Shown here: positions 1 to 13,759 of the stretch, piece after piece
Numbering within the stretch: the stretch's first letter is position 1
Layout: each line of letters starts with the position of its first letter
NCBI GenBank assembly: GCA_013239625.1
Contig: MU056733.1
Location: 7,396,534 to 7,460,533, forward strand
From: Lama guanicoe
Taxonomy: Eukaryota
DNA: 64,000 bases
Reading direction: 5' to 3'
Notes under the pieces: generated by a model
What the model saw: only the letters and a program-made list of their open reading frames with translations
The model's database searches: none
What the model was told of the DNA's origin: nothing
Program-made: the position numbers and the translations under genes

Positions 1-2139
1 TGAGCCATCTGCACTAAAGGAGGAGGAAGGAGGGAGACAAGCATCTTTCACGGCTGCTTTTCTCTCTCTGAGGATCTGATTACACCGGTGGGGAGAGGGC
101 TGCAACCACACTGCTAAACCCTGGCCTTGCTTAGCCCTTTAAATTGAACTGGACACAGTTTCACAAAGTGGAGTCCTTTCTGTCTTTTTATCAAATCCGT
201 GAGAGTTGCTTCAAGTTACAGTTTATATGTGGGGAGAAGTCTATTCAGTCTCCCAGCCCAACGTCCCCTGTGGCCTGCCGTGTGAACGGCTCACAAGCTG
301 TACACGCATGCTGTTTGCACTACTGCGGAAAAGGAGAACGGGCAGCAGGAGTGGGAAAGCCTGTTTTCTGGTCTCTGTCCCAACACCATGGGTTTGGGAA
401 CATATTAACAATTCATCCTATAGTGGGGCTCAGCAGGTTCAGCAGACTCGGAACACCTTGCAGAGATTACTTAAACATGTCAGATGAGGAAAAGGAGCCA
501 AGGAGCCTGGCAGAGCATTCCTTCCCTGGGTGTACCTGTCACACACTGGCAAGAGCCACACACAGGTCACTCATGGGGCTGAAATGAAATTAATCACCTG
601 CTTGCAGAAGGGAGCAGCTTTGGTTTCCTCTAGTTCTCAATATGTTTCTAAACAGAATGCAAAATGCTCACCGTGGTCTCTGAAGCCCTCAGTGGTTTGA
701 ATTCTGGCTACCTCGGGGGTGACGTGTGCCCCTGAGTAACCACAAAACTTCCCAATGAGCTTCCGTATTCAGCTTCCAAAACAGAAGAAAGGTTGGCAGC
801 AGCACAGCTTTCTGCCTGAGCCAGTGTCTGCCTCCCCTTGTCACTTAGAATCAGCAGAAAGGTTGGGATGTGTCATAACGGGCACTGTCGAGCTATTTTA
901 GAAATGGCAGTGATTTTGAAATCCTCTGTCCAACATGTTTGTTTTATGAAAGGGTCTGCTTACGCTCAAAGAATTCAAATAATTTACGTGCCCAAAGTTA
1001 GAATTAGGTTAAGGTTAGAATCTAGTCTTTTAGGTCAGTTTAGGATTTTTCTCTACTGTGATAACATTGTTCATTCATCCTTAACTCATTCATCAAGTAC
1101 TTACTGGTTGCCTTCTGTTTCCCACTGAAAAAGGCGCGGGGGATTCCACAATAAACAACACATATGCTGGCGCTGCTTTTCCCACTCTGGGTTAATTTTC
1201 AAAACCTACTGCTGAATTACAACTTGAATGAAATTATTTATATTTCAGTGTTAATTTGAATGAAAGGTGGTTTCTCAACTTTTTTTAAAAAATAAAAGAC
1301 ACTGTTTTTTATTAGATACATCTTGTCCTTCAAGACTCAGTAACTACACCAAGAAGTCTTCCTGGACTATCTCCCCTTAATTAGCCTAAGCAGGCTTTGA
1401 TTTTCATCCACTATAGATTTCATCACAGGTAGCCTTAGTCCTAACCCCTCACTCTTTCCATCTCGCTGTAGATCCACAAACACATCTCAGTAACACAACC
1501 AGCAGCAAAAGGAGCGTTAGTGTTCACACACACCCTCCAAGAGACAGAGAGAGGTGCCTGGAGCCATTCCCCACCTCACTTCTTGTTGACCTGAAGAGTG
1601 AAAAAACATGAAGTCCATTGTTCTTCCAGACTTTCTCCAATGGCCTGAACTCCTAGACAGGCCTTTCGCTACATACTGAGTCTGTGTGTGTGTGTTTGTA
1701 TGTGTCCATATGTGTTTGTGAGTTGGCAGAAAAGTACACTATAGGCACGGATACAGTGCTTGAGCATATCTGAATCATATTCTTCACTTCTTCATACCCC
1801 AAGGCAAAGAGAATATTCTTGCAGGACTGTAAGCATGTTTGTCTCCACTCTGAGACACACACACAGATGGGACCATTTAGATGAGTGGTTTCTGGTTTCT
1901 ATTCCAAAATCCAAAATATTCTACCAACTCATACTGGGAAAAAAATATTAACAAAAAACTAGCCTCCGGACTTACTTGACCATATATATGCCTCCAGGAA
2001 AGAACATTAATATTGAACATGATTTATAAGGAAAGGCAAATAGCCCTCCTAGGGTCCTTTCTTTTCCCCTGGAGATACTGCAGTTTCCATTCCGAACAGA
2101 ATGGTGTGAGATGATTGAACCAACGTATTTCATCTGTTA

Positions 2140-2390
2140 CATTAGTAACGCCTGGGGTTAAGATAGGGGTGGAAGAAAGAAAAGTAAGTGACTGATTGCT
2201 AGTGGGTAGAGAGTTCCTTTGCGGGGTAATAAAAATGTTCTCAAATTGTTGTGATAGTTGTACAACTCTGCAAATATACTAAAAACTATGGAATTGTACA
2301 TTTTTTAATAGGCAAACTGCATGTTCTGTGATTTATATCTTAATAAAGCTATATATTTTTTCCAAAAAATTAAATAAAATAAAATAATTT
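2140..2390 (+). mobile_element. Old L1 (L1M-type) 3' end
   Basis: aaaatgttctcaaattg...gttgtacaactctgcaaatatactaaaaac...tatatcttaataaagct followed by an A-rich tail. Confidence 0.75.
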
Positions 2391-3992
2391 ATCTTCCAAA
2401 ATCCCTTAATTTGTGGTCTGAAGATTGAAAATATGTGTGAGAACCGCTGAGTAATCATACCTAACTTGTGCATTATTCATGCCACCTTTTCCTGGGATGT
2501 ACAGTAGCCCAATTCCGACATTTAGGTCTGGTAGCCAATTTCACTAGTGGTCAAAGAGCCAATTCCTATGACTGTAGAGTGAATAAAAGAATTGGAGGAT
2601 TGGGCCTATTTATATAATTCTTACACCTTAATGATGTTCTTTTGACAAAATCTTTTAAAAAGCTTATCAACCACAATTGTCTGTCAAAGGCATCTATTGC
2701 TCTACGCAAGAATCCAAGGCTTTATATACTGTTGAAGTTGTTTTAATTATTTTCATGAAATAAGATAGGTATAAAAATAAATTAATAATAAATCAAGTCT
2801 AAGAAGAAAGTATAACTATTGACAGTAAATTACAGCCACCCTTGCTGTAGTTTTCCATCCCAGGGAGGTTAAAAGCGAGTGTCTAATCATATCAGAAAAT
2901 ATCACTGTCAACTGTTTATTTTAAATCTCAAGTGTAAGCTGGGTTAGCAAATTTCATTGAGATTTCCTTGCAGTCTCCTGACCCTCCACTGTAACCGTCA
3001 ACTTTCTTAGTGCTGTCTCTTCCTGAAATCTTTGCCTATCTATCCAGGCTTCTGTACTATCTGCCCTGTCCCTTAAGCCCACTATTTAATAGTTTATAAA
3101 ATAAGAGACTACGGGAAAGTGAAAATGGTTAAGTAAGAGGCCACACGCCCCCTCTTCAAAATCCCTCTCTCGTCTACCATTGCATACCTTTTGAAGCTAG
3201 AAGTCAGAGAAGACCTAGTTGAATACACTTACTTGGCAGGTGCTGGAACTAGGCTCAGAGTGCCAAAGAGCTGTCCTGACATCATTAGCAGAATCTGAAC
3301 AAGAACCTAGGTCCCTTGATTTTAGGCAGTGTTTGGTCTGTTATGCTGAAAATACAGAACATTTGCACTATGTACTCCCTATAAGATACTAGATCTATTA
3401 AAAACATGATGCTATTCATCATCGTTATGAAAATCCTTTATGGGCAATTCTTGTAAATAAGCCTCAAAGTAAATTATTTGCTTAGAAAGCCAAGCTGTGA
3501 GATTAACGCTGAAGATTTTTTGAAGAAGGCAGTGATTCAAATTTTCTTGATGATATGAATTGCTCTGAGGTTCAGCACCTGATCCAGTCACTTTCTTATG
3601 GCACAAAATTCAAACATTTTGAATGTCTGACTAAGAGGGCTGGCAAAACTTAACACATCTTTTCAAACCTCTCCCTCCTCTTTACGCATGCTGTAAACCA
3701 CACAGTCCTGGGAGATCGTCAAGGGCTCGGTCTTGCAGCTTTAAGCAGCACTACTGGTTTCCTTCTTCCCTTCCTTTTATGAATGGTTACAGAAAGCTTT
3801 TCATTCTTTATTTAATGAAGCTATGATTGTGAAAACAAAATAAGAGGAATGACCACTCAGTGCTTTCTAGTCCATTACATCAAGTGCTCTGCTTTGTCTC
3901 CACGTTTAGCGAAATGGACTGACTTTCTGTAACTCTGGCTACTCCTGGTTCTTCCTCCTCCTCCTTTTAATCCTTTTGGAATTATGTGTATA

Positions 3993-3996
<4 letters not shown>

Positions 3997-4029
<33 letters not shown>

Positions 4030-4038
4030 GTGTGTGTG
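3997..4038. repeat. (TG)n microsatellite
   Basis: About 21 TG units with one CG interruption. Confidence 0.95.
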
Positions 4039-4913
4039 CATGTATGCATGTAGAGAAAAAAGAGAAAAAAATTTGATGAATATGCATTAGTACCTGAAAA
4101 ATATTCCACATTTTAAGAAATACTGTTTGATCCTCAATTCCAAATGTAGTCTCAGCATTTAAAATCAGAGGTGTTACTTACATGCCTGTTTATTGGTTTA
4201 TAAGGTGACAGTAGTTATTAAATATGAGTAATGAAAGAATGGATAAAAGGCCTCACAGTATGAATTTCTTGACTCTAAAACACATCTCTTCTCTATTGTC
4301 TGCTTAAATGTTTTTGCTTGACGAGATAGTGATTGCTCTCCAAACTGCCCTACTGATTAAGTTCTTTACATTATTTTAGTTACACATGTAAAGGTATCAG
4401 GGTCCTTTGAAAATGCACTCACCAAGAAGGAGGAACAAGATATAAACTAGAAACTTAAAAGATCCTAATTCTGATAAGCTAAATTGAGGACAGGAATTGT
4501 CTAGAATACATGAAATCACTTTCAGCTGATTAAGTTCCGAAAATTTCAGTTTCTAAATTTCTGTTCTCCCGACATGTTTAATGGAGCCAGCAGTAATCCC
4601 GTTAAAAATAACTAATTCTAACTGATCTTCATAGCTCTCTTAGTCTAATAAATAATACTTGAAGGATGTTCAAACTAAGAGCTCAAGTTTCAGAACTAGT
4701 TTAATATTTCCAATAATTCTGGAGCGATGGGGCTGTGAGGAAACTATGACCAAGGAGTATGCTTCGTTACTGGATACCTGTCTGTAAATACGATCGCTAG
4801 TGATTCCCAGACAAGAGTCTGGAGTACCCAATCGTACGGATGAGGGGATGTTCTTAGACATCCCGCTCATCTCATTTCTTCCTGGCTGTCAGGGTTCAAT
4901 ACATGACCTCTGT

Positions 4914-5137
4914 AATCAGGCTGTCAGAGTTCAGCTCTTGATTTAGCTACTTGCCAGCTGTTGAAGTTTAGGTGCCTCCATCTCGCTAAACCTCAGATTC
5001 CTCATCTGTAAAACAGGACAGGAAATTACAGCACTTAAACCACAGTATGGTTCTGATGATCAAATGGGATAATCTCCACATAGCACTTAGCACAGGGTCT
5101 GACACTTAATCCATGCTCATTAAGGGCTGCTTATTAT
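4914..5137 (+). mobile_element. MIR SINE
   Basis: Core cctcagattcctcatctgtaaaa and tail agcacttagcacagggtctgacac. Confidence 0.8.
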
Positions 5138-5204
5138 AGAAACTATGTAATTTTTTTAGAAACTATGTATTTTCAACAATGAAAAATACTTAAAAACCAA
5201 CTAT

Positions 5205-5340
5205 CCTAGTCCTCGTCTTAAAGATGAGATAACTGAAGCTCAGCGAGAACCAATGACCTGCCTAAGATCCACATCTGATTAATAAAAATATTGAGGTTAG
5301 GATCCTGGTCTCCTTATCTGAGTCCAACATTCTTTCCTTG
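5205..5340 (-). mobile_element. MIR SINE fragment
   Basis: agatgagataactgaagctcagcgag...tgacctgcctaagatccaca. Confidence 0.6.
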
Positions 5341-8300
5341 GCATTATTTTAGTAGGTGTGCAGGACAGAGAATGTCCTAGGACCTGGCTGGTGTTTCCTG
5401 ACAATAATCAGAAATTGATAAAGAGGAAATGCAGGAACTGAGATAAAACATAGCACCTTAAAAGGAAGGTAAACAACTGCAAGGCTACGGTGAAGGTGAG
5501 GTTTTAGGTATCTGTCAGTTTGACCCCTGTTTGTCACTGTCTGTGGGCAGAATATCCATTTACTTTGCCTTAATTCTCAGAATGTAAAAGCGGAAAGGAA
5601 AATATTATCAAACGCCACTGGATTGTTGTCAAGGAAAGCCAATGAAAATGATTACTCTAGCAATATAAAAATGTTTCCGTAAATGCTTAATAATCAACAG
5701 TATTTAAGCAGCATGCCACTGAGTAGCTGACAGGGTGCCCATGTTTTATGGACAGCATTTATGGACTTTCATAACCCAAATTTTCACTCTTTATGAGTTA
5801 TGTATAAATTTGGGAAGTGGTTGAAACCACATATCAAATCAAAACCGCTTATGAGGCACCCTGCCAAATAAGTGTAAATATCCTTGGGAAATCTCACACA
5901 TGACACAGAGAGTAGTAGAAGTGGATCTGCCCTTTGGAGGGCTAAAAATATTATGGATGATTACTTGGGCCTTAGGAAAATTTTGTTCTGGGGAATGTAA
6001 AGAATTTTTCCAACTCCAGGAACATGGGCTGGGAATTTCTTTCTTTCTTTTTTTTTTAAACACATAATTAGCATTCCAGAAACTGCATTTATTCTTTTTG
6101 CTAAATAATTTGGCTCTAGAAACACTTATTATATAAAAACCTTTTTAGCACATATCAAATTGCTTGAAGAACAGTCTCATCAATATTTTGTTCCAGAATG
6201 CACTGGCATATAGAGGTATCCCGTATCTTTTTGTAGAATTTAATTGAGTGAGGTTATTACTGTGATTGTTTTCAACACCACTGCCTGCATTTCATCCCAC
6301 TCCCACTCCCAGCTCCTTAAGGGCAGTGACCGTATCTTCAGCTCTGTGACCCTAAAGCCTAGCATGGTAGAAAGTTAATATATTTATATTTTATTTTATT
6401 TGGAAGGGGAAAAGGAAGGAACAAAGGGAGCGAGGAAGAGAAGGAGAGAGGGATGTGGGGAGGGAGGGAGGAAGGAGGCAGAAAAAGAAGGAAAAGAAGT
6501 AGAGAGACACTGAGTTACTGTTTTTCTATTCAGAGTAATGATAAGTAGAACTCATCTCTTTCCCAGATCATTATTGATGACCCCAATTAGAAAGAAGTAA
6601 AGAGACCATGAAAATAAAATCAACATACAGAAAATCTAGGGTAACCCAGAGCCACACTTCTTACTAGTATTACTGGAGTATTCTGTGGAAGCCACTTATC
6701 AACATCGCTGATTTCTAGCCTCTTGGATGTGTTGCTTTGGTAATACTACATCACTGAATATAGCCATGGCAGAAACTTTAGAGTTCTCCACTGGGGAAAG
6801 CCAACAGGTTATCATGGAGAAGAGACAGAGCAGAGAATTCTTTCACTGGGAGCCCAGCGAGCACAGTGACATTATCCAGCAGGAGACACCAAACACATGA
6901 TCGCTAAAAGAGGCTTGGAAGTTCTCTCCTCATAGCCGAAAGGAGGCTGTGTGCTGAAGATGCTATAAATACTCCTCCTCCTATAAAGAAATCATCATCA
7001 GAGATGCACTGAAATCTTTTGGCCATAAACATACAGAGATATGGGCAGGCAGAGTGGCAAAGCAGAGATAAGGAGATATGGTTGGAGGATTAAAAAAAGA
7101 AGGCAAAAAAAAAATTCCAAAGGTCCTAATGCAAATGGCATCCACCTTTAATAAACCCATTAATAGTAAAGGAAGTAAAATAAACAAAATGTGTGTAATT
7201 TACAAAGAATTCCCATTTGTATTAAAGTAGTGATCAGATTTGGTCCAAAGTTTTGGATCCTTTTACTGATAGCAGTTTTTGTCCTGAATTCTCTCTTTTG
7301 GCTTGTTCTGCCCTCAACCCACTCCACCTTCTCAGAATGTCTCTCTACACCCCTCCAGGCAATCACAGGACCCTTTCATTCCCAAATAGTAGAGCTCAAC
7401 TGGAAATACTGTTATTTTAACCTGGATTAGAATGAAATTCAGTAGGAGATAGAGGAAAATGTGGTACAGGACCGCTGGGAATTTGGGCTTGAGATGTTGT
7501 AATAGATCTTGTCACCTCCAGTTTCTGTGATTCCATGAGACTCACCATACCTGGGTAATTTGTGCTTGTCACATACAGCAGACAAAGCTAATAGTTACAT
7601 CAGTCCAGAAACAGACTACAGGCAGCACTTCAAAATCTACCCAAGAGGACAATGCCTACCCAAGCTCAGAGACAATGTAAAATAAACCGCCCTTTGTGAT
7701 TACCTTCAAGTTGAACTTCATCTACACGTTTCAATTGCCTTTCAGTGTACATATTAAATTCAGACTAATTGAGACATTTTTCAGTCAGAATCAGTATTGT
7801 TTAGTACAGAGCACAATCTCTATTTTCTTCCACTGACCAGACACATTTTTAATCAAATAACTGAATGGAATAAGCAAGACTGCAGGAAGAATATATGAAT
7901 GAGTAAACAAATTATTATCTATAAATTAAATTTGTCTGATTTTCATTCATTTATTACTTATTGAGCATGTACTACATAAAATATTTTATTAATTCATTTG
8001 AGTGATCATAACTTGATAAATAATAAAACTGAATTTCCTTTAAAATATATTATTTTTAGACTTCATTGATTAAAGCTATCTTCCTTTCTGTTAATCCAAA
8101 TCATGAGCATATACCTAAAATCACATTATATCTTTCTGTCTCTACTTACAATTTCAGAAATCCCAGTTCAAAAAATATGATCTGAGCAATGCCAAATATT
8201 TTCTATATTTAAAATTATGACTAATTTTTAAGATTTATGGAAATTACATAAAGGTAGTCTGTCATATGCAAAATGATTTCCAGCCATCGTCTCTAAGGCT

Positions 8301-9869
8301 GGAACTCAAACCTTAAGAAGAGTCGTTAACAAGGTTCGTTTTGCTGAGTAAATGAAAACCAAAACCATTCTTATCACATGCCTTACCTTTTCCAGGGAAA
8401 TATTCCCATCTTCTTAACCTCAAGGTCTGGCCCCTGGGGCAGGTATGTAGTTGGAATAAAGATTTAAAATGAGTCACTGGTAGAAAGAGGTGTGTGATTT
8501 ATCTGAAGCTAGAGAATGCTAATAACAATAATAATTAATATAATTGGGCTTCTTCCTCACAGAATTTTGGGAGTAAGATGGAAGAAGTAGACCTGAAAAT
8601 GTCTAAAATCTGCAGTACCTAATCTGGAGAAATGGATATCACGGCAAATGTCCAATAACTACTTTCTCAATCTAATGTTCAGATAACAAGACATTTCCCA
8701 GACCATTCTCATGGAGTAGGTCATTTCCCAAGGGCACAATGTGGTCCAGGCCAAATTTGAGTCCTTGGACACATCATGGGTTAAATCACTAAATCTCAAG
8801 GAGTAAACCCAACCTTTTAAACTGGCACAGAAGCAACTTTATCTTCAAGGTTTGGGGCTGAAGGGTATTCATGGGTCATACTAGGCCAGAGAAAGACCTT
8901 GGAGACTGCTGGTCTCCTTTACCACTATGAATGGGTTGGGGTGGGGGGCAGGTCTAATGTCCAGGGGTGAAATTCTGTTAAATTCATCTTGCACTGGGAA
9001 TGCTCTGTTCCAATTTTGCACAGGCTCTTTGGGCAGTAACAGTGAAAACACTCCAAGTTAGAGCTCTAAGCCAAAGAGAGTCCAGTACCTTTTTGTAATC
9101 ATAGTCAACACTCGATTATGTATGCATATGGCAGAAAGTAGTGCCTTCAATAATAAAATGATAATTTATGTTTGACTTCACAACATGTTCTATATTTGGG
9201 GTTTTTCTTTTGTTTTTGGCAACATCAACAGACTTATTTTCCTAATTAGCCTGACCTCGATTAATGTCACTATTAACATTCTCTGAGCGTACGTACACAT
9301 ACGCACACTGCTCACCAGTCTGTGGGGAGAATGCCTGGAAACATACTGTGGGCTAGGGAAAGGTGGTCTGAGATTATGTTTTCGCTGCCGGCAATTCACA
9401 AACTAGATCATCTGAATCAATAAGGAGTTGGCTGCATTTATACCAGGCACTTCCTAGAGCCAAATAATCACATGAGCTAATTCCCATCCATAAAATAAAC
9501 GTAGCTTCAGTAATTTCTTATGAAACTAAGTCTATCCAGCACACAGAATATATATTTTTTTAAACCAGGATTACCTTGTTTTACTCTTTATGCCAGCTCA
9601 GTTAGGAAGGTAATTGCCAGATTTGTTTAGTACCGGCTGCTACACAGACCTGCCTGAGTTCTCTCTCAGGCTTGGAGACAATTTGAGAACTCAAGTGGCC
9701 AGAGTTAGCTCTTAGACGTACCACTTTGGGAATTAACTGAAGCTTCCCTGGATTTCCTGAAAACACCTTCTGGACATTTCCCGTCTCCCTTGATGGCGCA
9801 GGTGGCCCTTCTTTCCGAACAGGCCCCCTGGCCCACCCAGCACCAGCGTCTGCCCCGGAGGTCGCTCAC

Positions 9870-10479
9870 CTATCTTCTCCTCGGCTTGGCTGCCCTCCGC
9901 AGTCTCCGTCGGAGGCTGGGCTGCTGCCTTGGCAGCAGCATCCTCTGCAGCAGGGGTGGTGGCGGCAGCAGCAGCAGTGACAGCAGCAGGCACGTCGGCT
10001 TGTTTAGGCTCCTCCTTGGCTGGCGCGTCTTCGGCCTTGGAGGACGGCGAGTTGTCAGTGGAAGCTTTAGTGGCACTTTCTGTCTCAGCCGAGCCGGCCT
10101 TCTCCTCCGAGGCGGCAGGAGCCTGGGGGGCTGCCTGCTCTGTGGCAGCATCGGGGGCGCCCTCCCCCTTCTTCTCCTCGGAAGGAGTTTCGCCGGCTTT
10201 GCCGGTCTCCTCGGGCTTGGGGCCGGTGGCTGAGGCCACTTCGGCGGGAGTGGAACCGTCTCCCTCCTTCTTCTCGGCGCCATCGGCAACCGCGGCGTCA
10301 TCCTTCTCATTCACCTCGGCCTCGGCGGCGGGGGCATCACCCTTCTTCTCTCCTTTGAGCTTTTTCCTCGTTATGTGTCCACGGAAGCTAGCCTGAATTT
10401 TGGTCGCGGCCTTATGAGCTTTATCTTCTGGTTTGATGCCATCTTGTTCAATCTTTTGGTCCTCATCATTTTTTTCAAC
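9870..10479 (-). CDS. GAP43: GAP43 (neuromodulin/B-50) coding exon 2, residues 11-213 plus 1 nt; 610 nt, starts phase 0, ends phase 1
   Basis: The minus strand translates [55 protein letters not shown]...[33 protein letters not shown], the GAP43 IQ motif plus its acidic Ala/Glu/Lys-rich tail. Acceptor: pyrimidine tract tctcctttttccctccttccctccataAAG|GTT (AG at 10481-10480). Donor: ATAG|gtgagc (GT at 9869-9868). The PKC site Ser41 is codon AGC at 10389-10387. Confidence 0.98.
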
Positions 10480-11524
10480 CTTTATGGAGGGAAGGAGGGA
10501 AAAAGGAGAGATGGAATAATGTTCTTTTCCTTCAAATCACAGCAGTCAGCAAGTATTTGTTGAATGACTTATTTTGTGCCAGGCACTGTACTTGGAGTTA
10601 AATCAACAATACTCTGGAAATTCAAACCAAGCCCCCTCTTTCCCAGGTGAAGAATTTAGGAGAGAACACACCATTTTATGGGGAAATTAATGTCCTTTTG
10701 GCCTTCCAGAATCACTGGCATGATTTTATACGTATTTCTTTCCCCAGCTCAGTGTCCCTCCATTGTCAAACTTAAATCAGCCCTTTTGTAGACGTATCTT
10801 GAAAATTCAAATCACCCTCACCCTAGGTCTTGATCAAAGTGCTCTGAAAGATACTGGTTTTTTAAGGTTTCTGAGAGCGACTTCATGAAAAACTTTATGA
10901 TTTAAAAAAAATATTATGGAAAAGTCTATTTTTTCCCCAAGATTTCAAGTCTGAGGAAACCAATCAATTTGGGGCAAAGAGTATAGTCAAGGTTTAGACA
11001 GCAAATTCCATCAGGGTCTTGTGTGAAATGCAATGAGTCCAGGCCTTTGAGGGATACATTCAGAATGTGACAACTCAGAGTGCTGGTCACAAGATGGTGT
11101 CTGCTTTCCTCTGTACGTGGTCCAAAATCAGTAATGAGCATACCAGACCTTCAAAATTTGAATTCAGAAAATGGCCATTATTCCTGGGTTTTAAAAAAAA
11201 GAATGGAAAACATTGCTTCCACTTTTGAAAGAGTGGCACATATTCACTAAACCACAATTTCTTATTCCAAAAGTAGTTGAAGCTGAAAATGAGTTTTATA
11301 TTATCAATAGAGCCATCCTAGTACTAAAGGCAAAGACTAGAATACAAAATCTTTACTATTTGATCATGTTACAGCATAACATAGGCTGAAAATAACTTTT
11401 TCCCACATGGAAATTAAATCAGAGGATAGGAACAGAAGGTACAGTCATGAAAAGGAATGTCTGGGCAAATACTCAAAATTCTATATAGCTCCACTGCCTA
11501 CCATGACACCCCTATGTGGTTACT

Positions 11525-11625
11525 TATAGTTTCCATATAACCATTATATTGGTTTCAGGTGTGTAACATAGTGGTTCACTATTTGTATATATTCGAAAAA
11601 ACCCACAATATGTCTAGTTAACTTT
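11525..11625 (-). mobile_element. Short L1 3' fragment
   Basis: cattatattggtttcaggtgtgtaacatagtggttcactatttgtatatatt resembles laurasiatherian L1 3' ends. Confidence 0.55.
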
Positions 11626-13523
11626 AGTGAACAGTGTTTTAGGCACTGGGGAAATACAGCAGTGAACAATGCAGCAAATTTCCTTCAAAAGACCAATAAT
11701 TAAAGGATGCTTATCATGCACCAAGTCCTGTGCTTGGCCCCAATCTTGACCTTGGCCTTTGCTCTAGTTTAGGATGCAAATTGCAGCAGGCCAACACAAG
11801 GTATGTTTTCCACCTGTCATACCAGATCTGCCCCAGTGACCCAGATCTTGTTCATCATGATATAGACCTGTCTGGCGTTCTTTGTACAAGCATATGGGTC
11901 TGTATTGCTTAGGTCCATCAACATGCTAGTAGATATACAAAGGTATTTTTGAAAATAAGCTGTATGTAAGAGTAAAACCAGGACTGACAAATTTCCAGTA
12001 AAACCCAAGACAAATTTTTCTTCTTCCTCTGTTAACTGTGCATGTACCCATACAAAGAATGAAGCAGTGATGAAAGCACTTTGGAGGGGCACATCCTGCT
12101 CCCTCCTCCCCCGGCCACATTGCCACACTGCTCAGTGTTCCGATGCACTGATGCACTACCACCTTCCTGCTCTCCTGCTGCTCTTACTGACTCCTACTGG
12201 GATGCACACAGCACAATCTGGGGCACGGGAGCAGCTGTCCCTGCCAGGAGCTCTCTGCTCAGAGATGGATGCATAACCCTGTTAAATTAACAGTTGTGAA
12301 TGAAGCATGCAGTCAAGATGTTGTTAATTTATTTTACTCTATCTTGAGTTTTCTGAATGAGGCTCCATCTTATATGATAAGACATCTGCAGTTGAGCACT
12401 GATGCCAAGTGGTTCTTTAATACAAATACTGCTCCTCGTGAATGTGAACAAACCAATTATTTCAGAGTGGGCAGGTGAGCAGAAAAGATCTCGTGACTAA
12501 AGAAAAAACACATCACTCTTTTCTCTTTAAGAGCACAGAGGAAAGGGGATAAAACCCTTTAAAACCTGGAAACCATAAAAAGAAGGAATCTGAGAATCTG
12601 AATGACATGAAGAAGATACTTTACATGGAAAGGAAGAGCCCCTCTCAATTCTTTCCACCCCACCCCCAAGCCATCTCTCTCTCTCTTTCTCTCTGTTTCT
12701 CAGATCATCTGCCACTTTAACTTTCCAAATGATCAGGACTTCTTAAACTTCTGTGCACCAGGCTCTATGTTAAAATGACTGTTTAGAAAGCCTCAGACTA
12801 GATTTGGGTGCCTTGACTGTGGGATCAGGCTCAACTGAACAATTCAGGAGTGTAAGGGGCACAGGAGAGGAAGGGGTGGGCAAGAAGGGAGAGAATCATG
12901 AAAGACCATAGTTAAGAGAGAGGTGAGACAATCCTGTAAGAAGAGCAGAATACCCTAATAGGTGGACATACCCTAAGAGGTGCTCCAAGTATCCCACAGG
13001 CATGCAGCTCCTCCTGGAGGAATGCTGGCCCACTTAATATCATCAGAAACTTAGGGGAACTAGATTTTAGGGATAGGTTGGAAATAGACAACTAATACAA
13101 ATTTTTCAGAGAGACAGAGAGACAGGGATGGAGGGGGAAGGAGAGAAGGAGAATGGGGAGGAAGGAGGGGGATGGAGGGAAAAACCAACCTAAGATGAGC
13201 TCAGACTTAAATGATTGAACAGAGGTACCCAGAAAGAAAAGTATTTTAAGTAAAAATTGGATCTTAAGCTAGACAATGCCGGATTGTGTGTGTTTCTTTC
13301 TTTTTGTACCTATAATTGACTCCATAAATATGGCTTAAACTACAGGCATTTTCTGGTAAAATTCCTTTCACAGTACTGGGGGTAATTGCACTAGGATTGT
13401 ATCTTGCTGAGAGAGGAGACAAGAAGGAAGAGAACATTTTCCAAGACTGGCTGCTAGGGTACCCCTAAGATGTCAGACCATATAGACATTTTCCCAACTG
13501 GAAATCGAAGTGCTTCCTTAAAA

Positions 13524-13759
13524 ATAGATAAACAGCAAGTTCATATTGTACAGCACAGGAAACGATATTCAATACCTTGTAGTAACCTATGGTGAAAAAG
13601 AATATGAAAGTGAATATATGTATGTTCATGTATGACTGAAGTATTATGCTATACACCAGAAATTGACACAACATTGTAAACTGGCTATACTTCAATAAAA
13701 ATATACATTTTTATTATAATATATATATTATTATGTATATAATATATACACACAGACAA
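13524..13759 (+). mobile_element. 5'-truncated young L1 3' end
   Basis: L1 3'UTR ...caccagaaattgacacaacattgtaaactggctatacttcAATAAA followed by an AT-degenerate tail. 17-bp TSD gaagtgcttccttaaaa at 13507-13523 and 13760-13776. Confidence 0.9.

Larger units (their letters stand above)
1..9869 (-). other. GAP43: GAP43 intron 2, 5' part; the terminal exon lies outside the window
   Basis: Starts GTGAGC at 9869. I found no sequence for the GAP43 C-terminus (..AVDETKPKESARQDE..) in 1-9869. Confidence 0.85.

Noticed and set aside
3571-3591. TTCAGCACC RE1 left half-site
   Set aside because: No GGACAG right half follows; a lone 9-mer is expected by chance.
9733-10314. 193-aa minus ORF as a standalone gene
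   Set aside because: It is part of GAP43 exon 2 read from an internal GTG and running past the splice donor; the true exon is 10479-9870.
9790-10396. Overlapping 146-155 aa ORFs in other frames and on the opposite strand of exon 2
   Set aside because: Shadow ORFs of a GC-rich, low-complexity coding exon; no independent splice or start context.
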